A stretch of 63,685 nucleotides of DNA, the filler included, from Barthelona sp. PAP020 (lineage: Eukaryota), in the NCBI GenBank assembly GCA_040182905.1. It is 13 parts of 13 records of this genome, joined end to end, with 100 filler letters (N's around TTAATTAATTAA, not from the genome) between each part and the next. Parts side by side here need not be neighbours in the genome. Positions count along the whole stretch, not along the records: positions 29,710 to 34,498 come from JARQWU010000646.1; positions 34,599 to 39,382 come from JARQWU010000647.1; positions 39,483 to 44,261 come from JARQWU010000648.1; 10 more parts are not named here. One strand, 5' to 3'. The translations under genes were made by a program, and so were the position numbers. This document shows, piece after piece, positions 32,801 through 42,339 of the stretch (the stretch's first letter is position 1; each line of letters begins with the position of its first letter). The notes beneath the pieces were generated by a model. That model was given only the letters and a program-made list of their open reading frames with translations. It was not told the DNA's origin and searched no databases.

Positions 32801-34093
32801 TTTGATATAAATTTCGTATTCTACCTCCAATTCAAGATGAAAAATAGGTTGATTCAATATGCAATGGTTGAACACTTGTGAGAAATCTTTGAATCGTTTA
32901 CCAGATGAAACACGTCGATTTATTCCAGTCTTAGCATCAAAATAGTAACCAATCAAACAATTTCCGTTAACATATTTCACTTTTGTACAATCTTTCATGT
33001 GTCTTTTTAATTCAAAACGCATTTGAAATCGATCTTCAACACATAAATATTCTTGTACAGAACCATCCTTAAAACACAGTACAAAACTGTTTAAATGTGA
33101 ATTAAAATCACAAAAGGTTATCTGCTTCTCACAATGTAATATAATATTGGTCTTATGAAACAAATTAAGGTTATTGGAAACAAAAAAATACACTTCTTTT
33201 TCCCCAACTAAACATAACATTTGACAATCAAACGAAAAACCAACTTGAAAAATCTTACAATCTAAATTGAAACAACCCATTTCAATAACTTTATCGACAG
33301 TCATCTTTCCAATAAATAGGATAGAAGAAGAATTAACAGGTTTATTTTGTTTCAATGTTTCAAAAACAACAGCAAAACAATCTTCCTTTTGACATATGCT
33401 GACATTGCTTATCTCATTCCCATCTACATCATTCATTTGAAAAGAAGATATGAATGAAAAGTCATTATCAAAGATTTCAATTTTACCACCAGAATCAATG
33501 AATAAAAAACGTTTAAACTTGGAGAAATATATTCCCTTCAAATATCTATGATCAGCAGCAAAATTCATCAACTCTGGTGATTGTTCGAGTTGCTGAAAGT
33601 TTTCAATTCTATACATCAAAAATTCATTCAAAATCAAAAAATTTCCTGCTTTTTTGTCAATGGTGATGAAAGAAAACGTTTCTTCAATAAAATCGTTCTC
33701 AATACAGAAAAATTTATCTGTTGAATGAAAATTACTTTTGTTTGAGGAAGTTGAATGTTTAGAAAGAATGCAAGGTTCCAACAAATAAAAAGGCATTTCT
33801 TTCCCATTTTTAACTGAATTTAATCGTTCTTTTGTTTGAAAACACAAACTAGTGTAAAAATAATTGGTTGAAAAATTAACAAGATTGGAAAATTCTTCTT
33901 TGAATAACCCAATTGAACATAAGTATATAAATAGTTCGAACTTATCATTTAATATTGCCCATATCGGTAAAAACTCTTTCTTTTTAGATAAACCTTTCTC
34001 AATATCTAATCCTTTTAATATTTCAATTAATTCACCTTCATCTCTTTTGCATATCTCATCATATGTAAATGAATCAATATTATCAAGTTGCAT
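29819..34093 (-). CDS. Large multidomain protein: beta-propeller-like region, K/E coiled coil, degenerate kinase-like and HECT-like C-terminal segments
   Basis: 1424-aa ORF; WD-like blades (IFQVGFSFDCQML, ITFCDFNS...LCFKDGSVQEY); central coiled coil. C-terminal domain calls are tentative. Confidence 0.7.
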   Translation of the reverse strand: MQLDNIDSFTYDEICKRDEGELIEILKGLDIEKGLSKKKEFLPIWAILNDKFELFIYLCSIGLFKEEFSNLVNFSTNYFYTSLCFQTKERLNSVKNGKEMPFYLLEPCILSKHSTSSNKSNFHSTDKFFCIENDFIEETFSFITIDKKAGNFLILNEFLMYRIENFQQLEQSPELMNFAADHRYLKGIYFSKFKRFLFIDSGGKIEIFDNDFSFISSFQMNDVDGNEISNVSICQKEDCFAVVFETLKQNKPVNSSSILFIGKMTVDKVIEMGCFNLDCKIFQVGFSFDCQMLCLVGEKEVYFFVSNNLNLFHKTNIILHCEKQITFCDFNSHLNSFVLCFKDGSVQEYLCVEDRFQMRFELKRHMKDCTKVKYVNGNCLIGYYFDAKTGINRRVSSGKRFKDFSQVFNHCILNQPIFHLELEVEYEIYIKEDGKAFFIAHEEFPNLIEQVFNVEQRSRQEIFASLGDLTRLLFKYESPYIHQSLLQSLYEIGHWDGTSNYFYNSLIKDGGYCRLIKADDNLFHENLSKEILLKNNEKNGNLVLFTEPYEFEGFDEFLKRLENFKQQYTDEFNVIKHSLFSLIPTEYFLELILINGEEFLSYFKNNLYLEDISSVLGVNFANFSDSLVFHNYKPFFEMIRDIPQINLIFKGLFEVLKSFIPSHSRSSLLFQNSFRDSQDSLYNTTSSINSNSLIKNKSKFDTEDSDLELVSIDNLIKEQIDEIISQTQYNRHDKSSFNHSLKVMSTQIDQLETKLKMFTKEENKKELKLEEEDLELEELVLEEKEELEEKEKVEKEKVQKLIKLNIDKEMEEQFIKLRKVINQKDEEISRLKRDLITANSTISSKIQDNTQNFERKFIKLQTNFLELQQSFDLEFHQLKVDFDWKVKEIKKNNEKLANNCFELKNMIDKSSFFSNNSQDFLNIDENLNKLHERIHSITDSLAKVPINTDFQFPYQLWRLLYLNSTNPHWIPYPGYPIKYVSQNRYLQYCYPAFTFLNNPNITFSAIKEHYDRSTLLTHQFFSLHTNNVFKFPSLFRRVIYAYLILSKRLFQQPQTMEFIYDHKGAVNYLVCTLVKPNGYLTEQLIQQFDELLKMKLLIFLSKALLQLNSINSSSSLNNPHFVEVLAPNNIAFWSEKESLRFALNHLDQNYEPISFSISKHDKWSVKSSISTETNVNKNEVMLKKWIKYLFQNKFDEVNASIKPLVFFHHFFSSTFEGPLQTMNKYFLQEYEINKYKTKRNVKFSSRQNFLNEFIDIFNNIELHYSYRYSFNLKETMNLNNKFHIINIDDLRPQTFVYLVFEQKLLPFIFDLTMSEEYFTCLARFLQYILFNGLYLPEGMFPPILFNFFISRNVFTRKCTDLSFDLKNQIKLQIDPFDKLEESIINENLRKIFFNVKAFSDKFYESQIFESFKDLSVEEIRKLFE

Positions 34094-34320
34094 AACTCAA
34101 AAATAATTGATATTGCCCTGAAAAAAAAGAATTGATGGGTCAAAAAAAAACTATTTCCACATATTTTCATCCCTTGTATACCCTTAAGCATTATTATTTC
34201 ATTCATTACTTCATTTTTTTCAAAAAATAATTGAAGTTTACCCTTTTCATTCTTCTGTCCTCTTCAACAAAAAAAAAACCTTTTCAATTTATCATTTCAA
34301 ATTGTCCGTTGTGGAATTCT

Positions 34321-34498
34321 TCATTGTTCAATATCTTTTTCAACATTATCCATTTCAATTTCATTTTCAAGTTGAGGCTCTTCATTTTTCTCTTCAACTT
34401 CTTTAGCCTTTTCTTCAGCTTGTTTCTTTGCCTCCTCTTCTTCTTTCTTTTTCTTAGCTGCTTCTTCAGCTTGCTTCTTTGCCTCTTCTTCTGCTTTT
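34321..34498 (-). CDS. 3' fragment of a K/E/A-rich protein
   Basis: Reads KAEEEAKKQAEEAAKKKKEEEEAKKQAEEKAKEVEEKNEEPQLENEIEMDNVEKDIEQ*, stop TGA at 34321-34323; 5' end cut by linker. Confidence 0.65.
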
Positions 34499-34598
34499 NN
34501 NNNNNNNNNNNNNNNNNNNNNNNNNNNNNNNNNNNNNNNNNNTTAATTAATTAANNNNNNNNNNNNNNNNNNNNNNNNNNNNNNNNNNNNNNNNNNNN

Positions 34599-34888
34599 GT
34601 TGATACTTCAAAATTAAAATTTATATCTACACTTTTAACTTGAAGTGAAGGAACATGAACCAAAGCTAACTTAGGTACATTTAAAATGACTTGTTTTTTT
34701 GAAACAGGGTTCATAACCTTAAATTCAATGTTAGGATCCTTCTGAATGCATTCTAAAAAGTCTTTCGTCACTTGAGCTAATGACTTTTGAGCATCACATG
34801 CAGCTACTAAAGGAGCGCCAATTAGCTCCCTTCTAACATATTAGTAAACATGAAGCGCATATTTTTAATACATTGGAACTTCATTCAT
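34599..34888 (-). CDS. DUF2589-like protein, 5' part; exons 34888-34872 and 34832-34599, truncated at linker
   Basis: Spliced: MNEVPIRELIGAPLVAACDAQKSLAQVTKDFL...VILNVPKLALVHVPSLQVKSVDINFNFEV. Matches the DUF2589 pattern as I recall it: LIG.PL.AAcdAQ..lA..T.dFi...VP.L..v..PsL.v..vdi.F..eV. Confidence 0.75.
34833..34871 (-). other. Spliceosomal intron, 39 nt (DUF2589-like gene)
   Basis: GTATTA...ACTAAT-ATGTTAG; contains an in-frame TAA, so splicing is needed to join ATG 34888 to the conserved motif. Confidence 0.8.
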
Positions 34889-35051
34889 AAATAAAAAATG
34901 ATCAAAAAAAAAAGTTGTTTTGTTGCAAAAGAGAAATTTAAAGCCAATTGTGATATCTTTCCTTTGAATAAAAATCAAAAGAAACATTATTTTATTGTGA
35001 AGAAGAAAAAAATTGAAAAACGAGAATGTCATTTTGTTTGTTTTTTTCAAA

Positions 35052-36035
35052 ATGAGTTCAATTATTGAGGTTGTCATTTTATGTGCATTACCTGCATCTG
35101 GAAAATCTGAAGTTCGTCGTTTTTTGAGTGAAATTCCACCCGAAGAATATCGTACAAGATTTCACATGGGTGAAACAGTTCAATTGGATGATTATCCATA
35201 TGTTCATCTTTTCAGAGTTATTGATGATTGTTTGGAAAAATTGAATCAACCCAGAATTTTCTTTGAAACGGCTGATCGTTGTTTCATTGATGGTCGTTTT
35301 TGGTTGGTTTTGATTGAATTATTAAATGAGGATTATCTTGATGTTGTTCGTTGCAAAAAATTACAGCGTCCTGAAGATTTGACTCATTGGTTATTTGTAA
35401 AAATTGATGCTGCGATGCAGAGAGTTGGTCTGTCTTCTAAATTGACTGTTTTACCAATCAATGTCAGAGAACAATTGAAAGATATGTTAGATGAAGAGAT
35501 TTCAAAGTATTTTGAAGAAAAGAACAATGAAATTCCTGAAACAATGCAAGACAAAACAATAGTCATTGAATTTGCCAGAGGAGGTCCCGAAAACTCTTCT
35601 TTCCCCATTGGAAATGGACAAGGATATCAAGCCACCTTCCAACAATTCTTACCCGAAATTATCAAAAAGGCAGCAGCTTTGTATATTTGGGTTACCCCTG
35701 AAGAATCTAAACAAAAAAATAGAGATAGAGCAGACCCCAATAACCCTGGTTCCATTCTCAATCATGGCGTTCCCGAATATGTTATGGAGAACGATTATGG
35801 TTGTGATGATATTGGACATCTCAGATCCATTTCCAAGGTTGAAAATTGTGTACCTGTTACCATTGGTAAGGAAACTATGAGTTTACCCATTGGTATTTTT
35901 GATAATCGTGGGGATTTCACCACTTTTTTGAGATCACCCACCGAAACTTGGACTGATGAACAAATCTATGAAGTAAAATCAAGAATTGAAACTGCTTTTG
36001 ATTCTATTGTTCAAGCATATTCGAAACTTCATTAA
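35052..36035 (+). CDS. Uncharacterised P-loop NTPase/kinase-fold protein of bacterial-type family
   Basis: Walker A ILCALPASGKSEVRR, VQLDDYPYVH, IVIEFARGG, LYIWVTPEES..KN..RA.P..PGSIL.HGVP. Likely start is ATG 35052. Confidence 0.75.
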   Translation: MSSIIEVVILCALPASGKSEVRRFLSEIPPEEYRTRFHMGETVQLDDYPYVHLFRVIDDCLEKLNQPRIFFETADRCFIDGRFWLVLIELLNEDYLDVVRCKKLQRPEDLTHWLFVKIDAAMQRVGLSSKLTVLPINVREQLKDMLDEEISKYFEEKNNEIPETMQDKTIVIEFARGGPENSSFPIGNGQGYQATFQQFLPEIIKKAAALYIWVTPEESKQKNRDRADPNNPGSILNHGVPEYVMENDYGCDDIGHLRSISKVENCVPVTIGKETMSLPIGIFDNRGDFTTFLRSPTETWTDEQIYEVKSRIETAFDSIVQAYSKLH

Positions 36036-36296
36036 AAAGCTTGATAAAACCTGATATTTTTATTTTTTTTATCAAAATTTTTAGCCTAATGAATTAGTTC
36101 AATATTTCATTGATATTAAAAGATGTTTCAAAAGAAGTCTTCAAGTAAGGAAACATTTCTTTGTGAATGCCACTGATAATCAAAATATCGAGTGGAAGCT
36201 AGTTATGGGTCTTCAAATGAAAAAGTGGAAATATGATGCAAATGATTGATTTTGTACAACATAATTTTTTTTTCATTTGTTGTTTATTTGTTAAAT

Positions 36297-37541
36297 ATGA
36301 ATGATAAACAAATACAAATAGTTCAAGAAGTGTTAAATAAGCACATTCCATTCCATCAAATCGAGAAACATGCAGAAAATTGTGAGGAAGCCGTTATTAT
36401 CCGCAGAAAAGTAGTCGAAGATTCTATTGGCAACAAAACAAAATTAGACATTCCATTAAATGGTTTGGATTATGATTCTGTTTTTGGTAGATCAATCGAA
36501 AATTGCATTGGTTTTGTTCCTATCCCTTTAGGGTTGGCTGGTCCTTTGACAATTAATAATGAACTTTTTTATATACCTATGGCTACCACAGAAGGTGCTT
36601 TAGTTGCATCTACTTCCAGGGGTTGCAAAGCTATGAATTTGAATGGTGGATGTTTTTGTGAAATTGTTGATAATGGTATCACTAGGGCACCTTTATTTAG
36701 ATGTAAATCTTTCCAAGATGCTTTAGAGGTTAAAAAATATTTGGAAGAAAATATGGGATTTGAAGAAATGAAAGGATTGTTTGGGACAACAACTAATTAT
36801 GGAGAACTCAAACAAATAAAGACTTATATTGCGGGAAGAAACTTATTTTTAAGATTTAAGGCAAATACTGGTGATGCGATGGGAATGAATATGATTTCAA
36901 AAGGAGTGAAGTTGTGTTGTGAGGAACTTGAAAAGAAATTTGAAAATATTCATTGTTTAGCTGTATCTGGGAATGTTTGTACTGATAAAAAGCATTCTTC
37001 AATTAATTGGACTGAAGGAAGAGGCTATAATGTTGTTTGTGAAACTAATATTAGCAAGCAATTTGTTGAAAATGTTTTAAAAACTGATGTTGACACAATA
37101 GTTGAATTGAACATCAACAAGAATTTTGTTGGTTCTTCAGTTGCTGGAAGTGTTGGAGGATATAATGCTCATGCATCAAATATTGTCACTTCAGTATTTT
37201 TAGCAAATGGACAAGATGTTGCTCAAAATGTTGAATCATCAAATTGCATTACAATTATGGAAAAGAATGAAAACGGATCTTTATATGCCAGTGTTACCAT
37301 GCCATCTTTGGAAGTGGGTACTGTTGGAGGTGGTACTTATCTTGAGGTGCAGAAAAAGATGCTTCAGTTAAATAATTGTGATGGACCCTCAACTAAAAAT
37401 CCTGGCGATAATGCCAGAAGATTTGCTAAAATTGTTGCTGGGGCTGTTTTAGCTGGAGAATTATCTTTGCTGTCGGCTTTGGCCTCAAAATCCCTTGTTA
37501 ATACACATATGAGATTGAATAGAAAACAAAAAAACGAATAG
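36297..37541 (+). CDS. HMGCR: HMG-CoA reductase, class I, soluble (no membrane domain)
   Basis: ENCIG, PMATTEGALVASTSRG, TGDAMGMNMISKG, SGNVCTDKK, GTVGGGT, LAGELSL...H. Likely start is ATG 36297. Confidence 0.95.
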   Translation: MNDKQIQIVQEVLNKHIPFHQIEKHAENCEEAVIIRRKVVEDSIGNKTKLDIPLNGLDYDSVFGRSIENCIGFVPIPLGLAGPLTINNELFYIPMATTEGALVASTSRGCKAMNLNGGCFCEIVDNGITRAPLFRCKSFQDALEVKKYLEENMGFEEMKGLFGTTTNYGELKQIKTYIAGRNLFLRFKANTGDAMGMNMISKGVKLCCEELEKKFENIHCLAVSGNVCTDKKHSSINWTEGRGYNVVCETNISKQFVENVLKTDVDTIVELNINKNFVGSSVAGSVGGYNAHASNIVTSVFLANGQDVAQNVESSNCITIMEKNENGSLYASVTMPSLEVGTVGGGTYLEVQKKMLQLNNCDGPSTKNPGDNARRFAKIVAGAVLAGELSLLSALASKSLVNTHMRLNRKQKNE

Positions 37542-37574
37542 GTAACTTTATATTAACATCTCATCATTTTCATT

Positions 37575-37816
37575 TTATAAATCTTGATTTTCTTCTTCTT
37601 CTTCTGCACCAACTTTACATTCACATGTTTCACATTTGTCACATTTGCAGAAACATTTACAAGGACATTTTCCAGTAACACATTTGTATGTAACACCAGA
37701 AGAAACCAAAGCAGAAACAACACCCACAGCAACGAAAGGCATAATCTAATTATTGTTAGCTAACAAAAGATAAATTCAATGTCCCTAACTTTTTTTAATT
37801 TAGAACAGAATTTCAT
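37575..37816 (-). CDS. Small membrane-anchored Cys-rich (metallothionein-like) protein, 65 aa; exons 37816-37790 and 37745-37575
   Basis: Spliced: MKFCSKLKK|IMPFVAVGVVSALVSSGVTYKCVTGKCPCKCFCKCDKCETCECKVGAEEEEENQDL*; 44-nt intron 37746-37789 (GTTAGG...GCTAAC-AATAATTAG). Absent from the ORF track. Confidence 0.65.
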
Positions 37817-38074
37817 TGGAAATAAGACAAAAAAAAACCAAAGAAGACAAGAAATTTGAGCGCCAATCAATTTTCTGTAAAACTATTTTGACAGTCAATT
37901 TTGCCCTAAATATTGATATATTTATTTAATTATACTTTATAAACATAAATGAAGGAATTAAGAAAAGAAAATTTGAACTCACTTCAAAGAAAAAAAGACA
38001 ATTGAATTTAAATTTTTTCTTAATCAAATAACAATTTCTTGTTAACGTTTTAGATAATCAAGAATTAATAGATT

Positions 38075-39382
38075 ATGACATCTTCTAGAGCACAATGGAA
38101 GCTTCAAAAGAAGATTTATGAATCACGAAATCGAGTATCCGATGTTTTCAAAAAGTTTGATTCGAAAAATGACGGAACAGTATCAGAAAATGATTTAATT
38201 TTAGGATTTCAAACTTTAGGTTTACCAATAAATAATTCAAATCATTTGCAAACTTTAATGGAAAGTTGTCGATCAAATAATGATAATAGGATTGATTATT
38301 CCACATTTTTGGATAATTTGAATCCTTTGACACCAATTCCATCACGAAGTAATGAAAAAATATATATAAAGCATCCAAAATTTGAAAATATTTCCATAAC
38401 GAAACCTTGTACACCTAAAGAACATAAAAATATTCTTGAACAACCTTATGTGAGTCCACCTAAAGCCGAAATTTCTGAAGAACAAGTTTTAACCAAAATA
38501 TTTGCTCAAACACAAACTATTGAAATTACTCCTGATATATATGAAAAAATTAAATTGAATTCAGCAGAAACAGAGCTTTTTAATAACAATTTTAAGGATA
38601 TTGACACATTGAATGCTTCTTTAAAGAAGTTTACGAAACCATTTGATGACACAATAAAAGATGTGAATAATCGATCTTTACATTATCAACCTTCCACAAT
38701 CCTATCACCTGTTGTAGAACAAAGTGCAATTGAGACGGTTAGTACTGAAAATAAAGATATTTCCAAGAAATTTCGACAAAATTCGTATAGACATAATTTA
38801 AAGACATTGACCGAGGAGAATTTATTGAGTGGATTAAAGAAATCTGGTGTTAATTTTTCAGAAGATCAACAAACTTTTGTTGTTAAAAAATTTCAAAAAT
38901 TGAAAGAAATTGTTGGTAAAGAAACGATAATTGCCGATGATTTTCTAAATTTTTTAAAAAATGGAACATTACCAGTGACAGTAGATACCAATTTTGAAAA
39001 TAAGAATAAAAAAGAATATCCAACACAATTAAAAATGGAAGCAAACAGTATGAATAATGAAAATTTTAATAATGAAGATGTAGTGTTGGATTCAGCATTA
39101 AGTGAGAAGATTACTAAACAATTGGACATGCGTAATTTTTCAAAAGTCTTTAGAAGTATGGATACTGATAAATTAGGAGCTTTAGATACAAAACAATTTC
39201 GTAAAGGATTGGAGAATGTTGGTGTTTATCTTTCAAATGATGAATTTTCTAGAGTGTTAAGTTATGTTGATCCAAATAAGACCGATACAATCGTTTTTGA
39301 TGCAATAGCACAATTTGCATCTGATACTGGATCAAAACTTGATCCTTTAAAATCTCCTTCTCATTACAGAACCATAGGAGAT
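38075..39382 (+). CDS. EF-hand calcium-binding protein, 3' truncated
   Basis: FKKFDSKNDGTVSENDL, SNNDNRIDYSTFL, FRSMDTDKLGALDTKQF, VDPNKTDTIVF. Confidence 0.8.
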
Positions 39383-39482
39383 NNNNNNNNNNNNNNNNNN
39401 NNNNNNNNNNNNNNNNNNNNNNNNNNTTAATTAATTAANNNNNNNNNNNNNNNNNNNNNNNNNNNNNNNNNNNNNNNNNNNN

Positions 39483-40060
39483 TATCCAACACCTTGATAA
39501 TATTTCTTGCTGGGACCAACATCCTCATAACATTCACGTACCATCATTTCCTTCTCATCAACAGTGTATTGTCTACAAGAAAGGTGTAGGGCAAATTTCA
39601 AAGAATTGAACTCATTGACTTCATCATCAAATTCAACCTCATCAACATCTTGTGGCATTAATCCATCTTTTTCTTCAAACAAAAAAGGATCAACTAAAAT
39701 GGGAACCAAACCTAAACGATGAGCCAAGACTTCATCTTGGACAACTGAGGTATTATTATGAATAAAAACACTTTCAATGGCCATTGTAGGAACGTGAGAC
39801 ATCATCAATCTTCGAAATGCATTGGCCAAAGCAGGATCAATATTTTCCATATCAAATTTCAATTTCAAAGGATCACTTGAGTCACGTAACTTGATATCTA
39901 ACTCCTTGGTGAAATTTTCAACAGAAAATGCATTATTAATATCATGTGAAATAAATGCATCATGAGCAGAAATTGTATGGGTGTAATTCGCCAAATGTTG
40001 TTCAATATGAACATAATCTCTTTGATCTTGAGCAGTTTGTGGTAAATCCTCAACACCCAT
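39483..40060 (-). CDS. POLR1C: RNA polymerase I/III subunit AC40 (RPC40/POLR1C), 3' truncated
   Basis: FDMENIDPALANAFRRLMMSHVPTMAIESVFIHNNTSVVQDEVLAHRLGLVPI. Confidence 0.92.
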
Positions 40061-40309
40061 TGCAAACTATTCAAAAAAAAAAAAAATTTTTTGTACCAAT
40101 TCAACACATGAATATAAATGCTACTCATGATACTTTTATATGTGTTAAACAATTTTAAATTAGCGGTTTTATACATTTCGAATGTGTCTAAACTCTTCTG
40201 AAGTTCACGGAATTAAACATTCAAAAATATAGATATTGCAACATAACAGACATAAAAAAATTAATAAAATCAGAACTATACTTTACACACTATGTACAAA
40301 ACTCAAAAC

Positions 40310-41002
40310 TTAACTGTTACTTTCTAATTGCTTTATTCTCTCCAACAACAACTTACGATTTTTCATGTGATGAGACAATAACTTTCTCATATCGAGATTT
40401 TCCTGTTCAATTTCTTGAATTTGATTAATTTTTTCTTGAAATTTTTGAAAACATTCATTCTTTTTCCTTAATCTCATATTACCTTCCTCTAAAAGTTCTT
40501 GTTTTTGCTTTAAATTTTCAATAAATCCTTTTTTTTCTTCCAAATCTTGTTTTAATTGCAGAATTTCTTCCGCTTTTCTTCGATTCATTTCTAAAGTGGT
40601 ATCATTAAGCATGTTTAATTCATTTTGAAGTAATTTCACTTCACTTCTTGCTGAAATAGACGATAATACATCACTTTCCCAAGGCAAAGAATGCTCAAAA
40701 TTGTATCTTACAGTAGCCAATTTCGAAATGATTTCAGTATCCTTCTTAAATGATTCATCACAAATCGCGAAATCCAAAGCTTGATTAAATAGGGAAATAT
40801 GTGTTTTCAATTCTTTGACTGTCTTTTCAAGGCTATCAATTGTAGCTTTTAATTTTTCATTTTCAATTGACAAATCATCTGTACAATTATCTGTTTCAAA
40901 CAATTCTTTGTTGTTTTTTCTGGATTCAATCAAAATTTCTGTGATATCTTTTCCAGGATAAATTTCAGGTACATTTGCAAAAATATTCGTTTCAAGAGAC
41001 AT
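40310..41002 (-). CDS. Coiled-coil hypothetical protein
   Basis: 230-aa ATG ORF with heptad-rich E/K/L composition. Confidence 0.7.
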   Translation of the reverse strand: MSLETNIFANVPEIYPGKDITEILIESRKNNKELFETDNCTDDLSIENEKLKATIDSLEKTVKELKTHISLFNQALDFAICDESFKKDTEIISKLATVRYNFEHSLPWESDVLSSISARSEVKLLQNELNMLNDTTLEMNRRKAEEILQLKQDLEEKKGFIENLKQKQELLEEGNMRLRKKNECFQKFQEKINQIQEIEQENLDMRKLLSHHMKNRKLLLERIKQLESNS

Positions 41003-41074
41003 TGTATTTGAAAAAACCCATGCTTTAAATTTCAGGAGATATTGGAGATTGAGAGAAAAAAAAAATCTTGAAAA

Positions 41075-42163
41075 ATGAATTTATCACAAGAAGCGGTACT
41101 TGTTGAGTCAGAACCTATTCATAACGATGCAATTGAAGTTAAAGGTTACGATTGGAAGGAAATTGAAGATGGATTTATTAATTTTGAAAAATTAATTGAT
41201 TCATATTTAACAACAGGTTATCAGGCTCAAAACATTGGTCAAGCTATTAACGAAATTAATAGAATGTTGAAATGTCGAGATGAACCAATTCCTGATGACA
41301 AACTTGATGATAAATTTCGTTTGGAACCTGAATGTCCCAAAACCAATTGTTCTATATTTTTAGGGTTTACATCAAATCTTATAAGTTCGGGTTTAAGAGA
41401 AACATTATGTTTCTTGGTTAAGAACAAGTTGGTTGATTGTGTCGTTGCTACTGCTGGTGGTGTTGAAGAAGATTTAATCAAGTGCATGGGACACACATAT
41501 TTAGGTGATTTTAAATTAAGAGGAAAAGATTTGAGAACAAAAGGTCACAATAGAATTGGGAATTTACTCATTCCAAATGACAACTATTGTACTTTTGAGG
41601 ACTGGTTATTACCTATATTGGATGAAATGCTTGAAGTACAAAAGACTTCCGGTAAAATTTGGACTCCTTCTTCGATGATCAAATTGTTGGGTGAAAAAAT
41701 AAACAACCCCACTTCGGTTCTTTATTGGTGTGCAAAAAACAACATTCCTGTTTTTTCACCTGCCATAACTGATGGTTCTATTGGAGATAATCTTTACTTT
41801 CATCAATATCGTAATCCGGGGTTGATGCTGGACATAATTTCTGATATTAAAAGCATCAATGATCTAGCAGCTCATGCTATTAACACTGGAATGATTATTT
41901 TAGGTGGTGGCCTGATTAAACATCATATTTGCAATGCAAATTTGATGAGAAATGGTGCAGACTTTTCAGTCTATGTTAATACAGCAAATGAATTTGATGG
42001 TTCTGATGCTGGTGCCTCTCCAGATGAAGCGGTTTCTTGGGGAAAGATAAAAGCCGAAGCTAAACCCGTTAAAGTTTGTGCTGACGCAACAATAGCTTTC
42101 CCTTTGATTGTTTCTCGTACTTTTGCACCTTATGTTATCAATAAGAATAAAGCTTCTCAATAA
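41075..42163 (+). CDS. DHPS: Deoxyhypusine synthase
   Basis: [80 protein letters not shown]. Confidence 0.97.
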   Translation: MNLSQEAVLVESEPIHNDAIEVKGYDWKEIEDGFINFEKLIDSYLTTGYQAQNIGQAINEINRMLKCRDEPIPDDKLDDKFRLEPECPKTNCSIFLGFTSNLISSGLRETLCFLVKNKLVDCVVATAGGVEEDLIKCMGHTYLGDFKLRGKDLRTKGHNRIGNLLIPNDNYCTFEDWLLPILDEMLEVQKTSGKIWTPSSMIKLLGEKINNPTSVLYWCAKNNIPVFSPAITDGSIGDNLYFHQYRNPGLMLDIISDIKSINDLAAHAINTGMIILGGGLIKHHICNANLMRNGADFSVYVNTANEFDGSDAGASPDEAVSWGKIKAEAKPVKVCADATIAFPLIVSRTFAPYVINKNKASQ

Positions 42164-42339
42164 ACAGTTTTTTTTTTTTATTTTTTGCAAATTTCAGCAA
42201 TGAATCTTTTCAGAAATAAGTGGGGATTGAATAGAAGGAAAAAAATTAGTTTGCAAAGAATGAAAGCAAAAGAAGAAAACTTATTTGGTTGAGACTTTTT
42301 TTTCTTCAACTTTTATGTCCTATTTGCAATATTTTCAAA

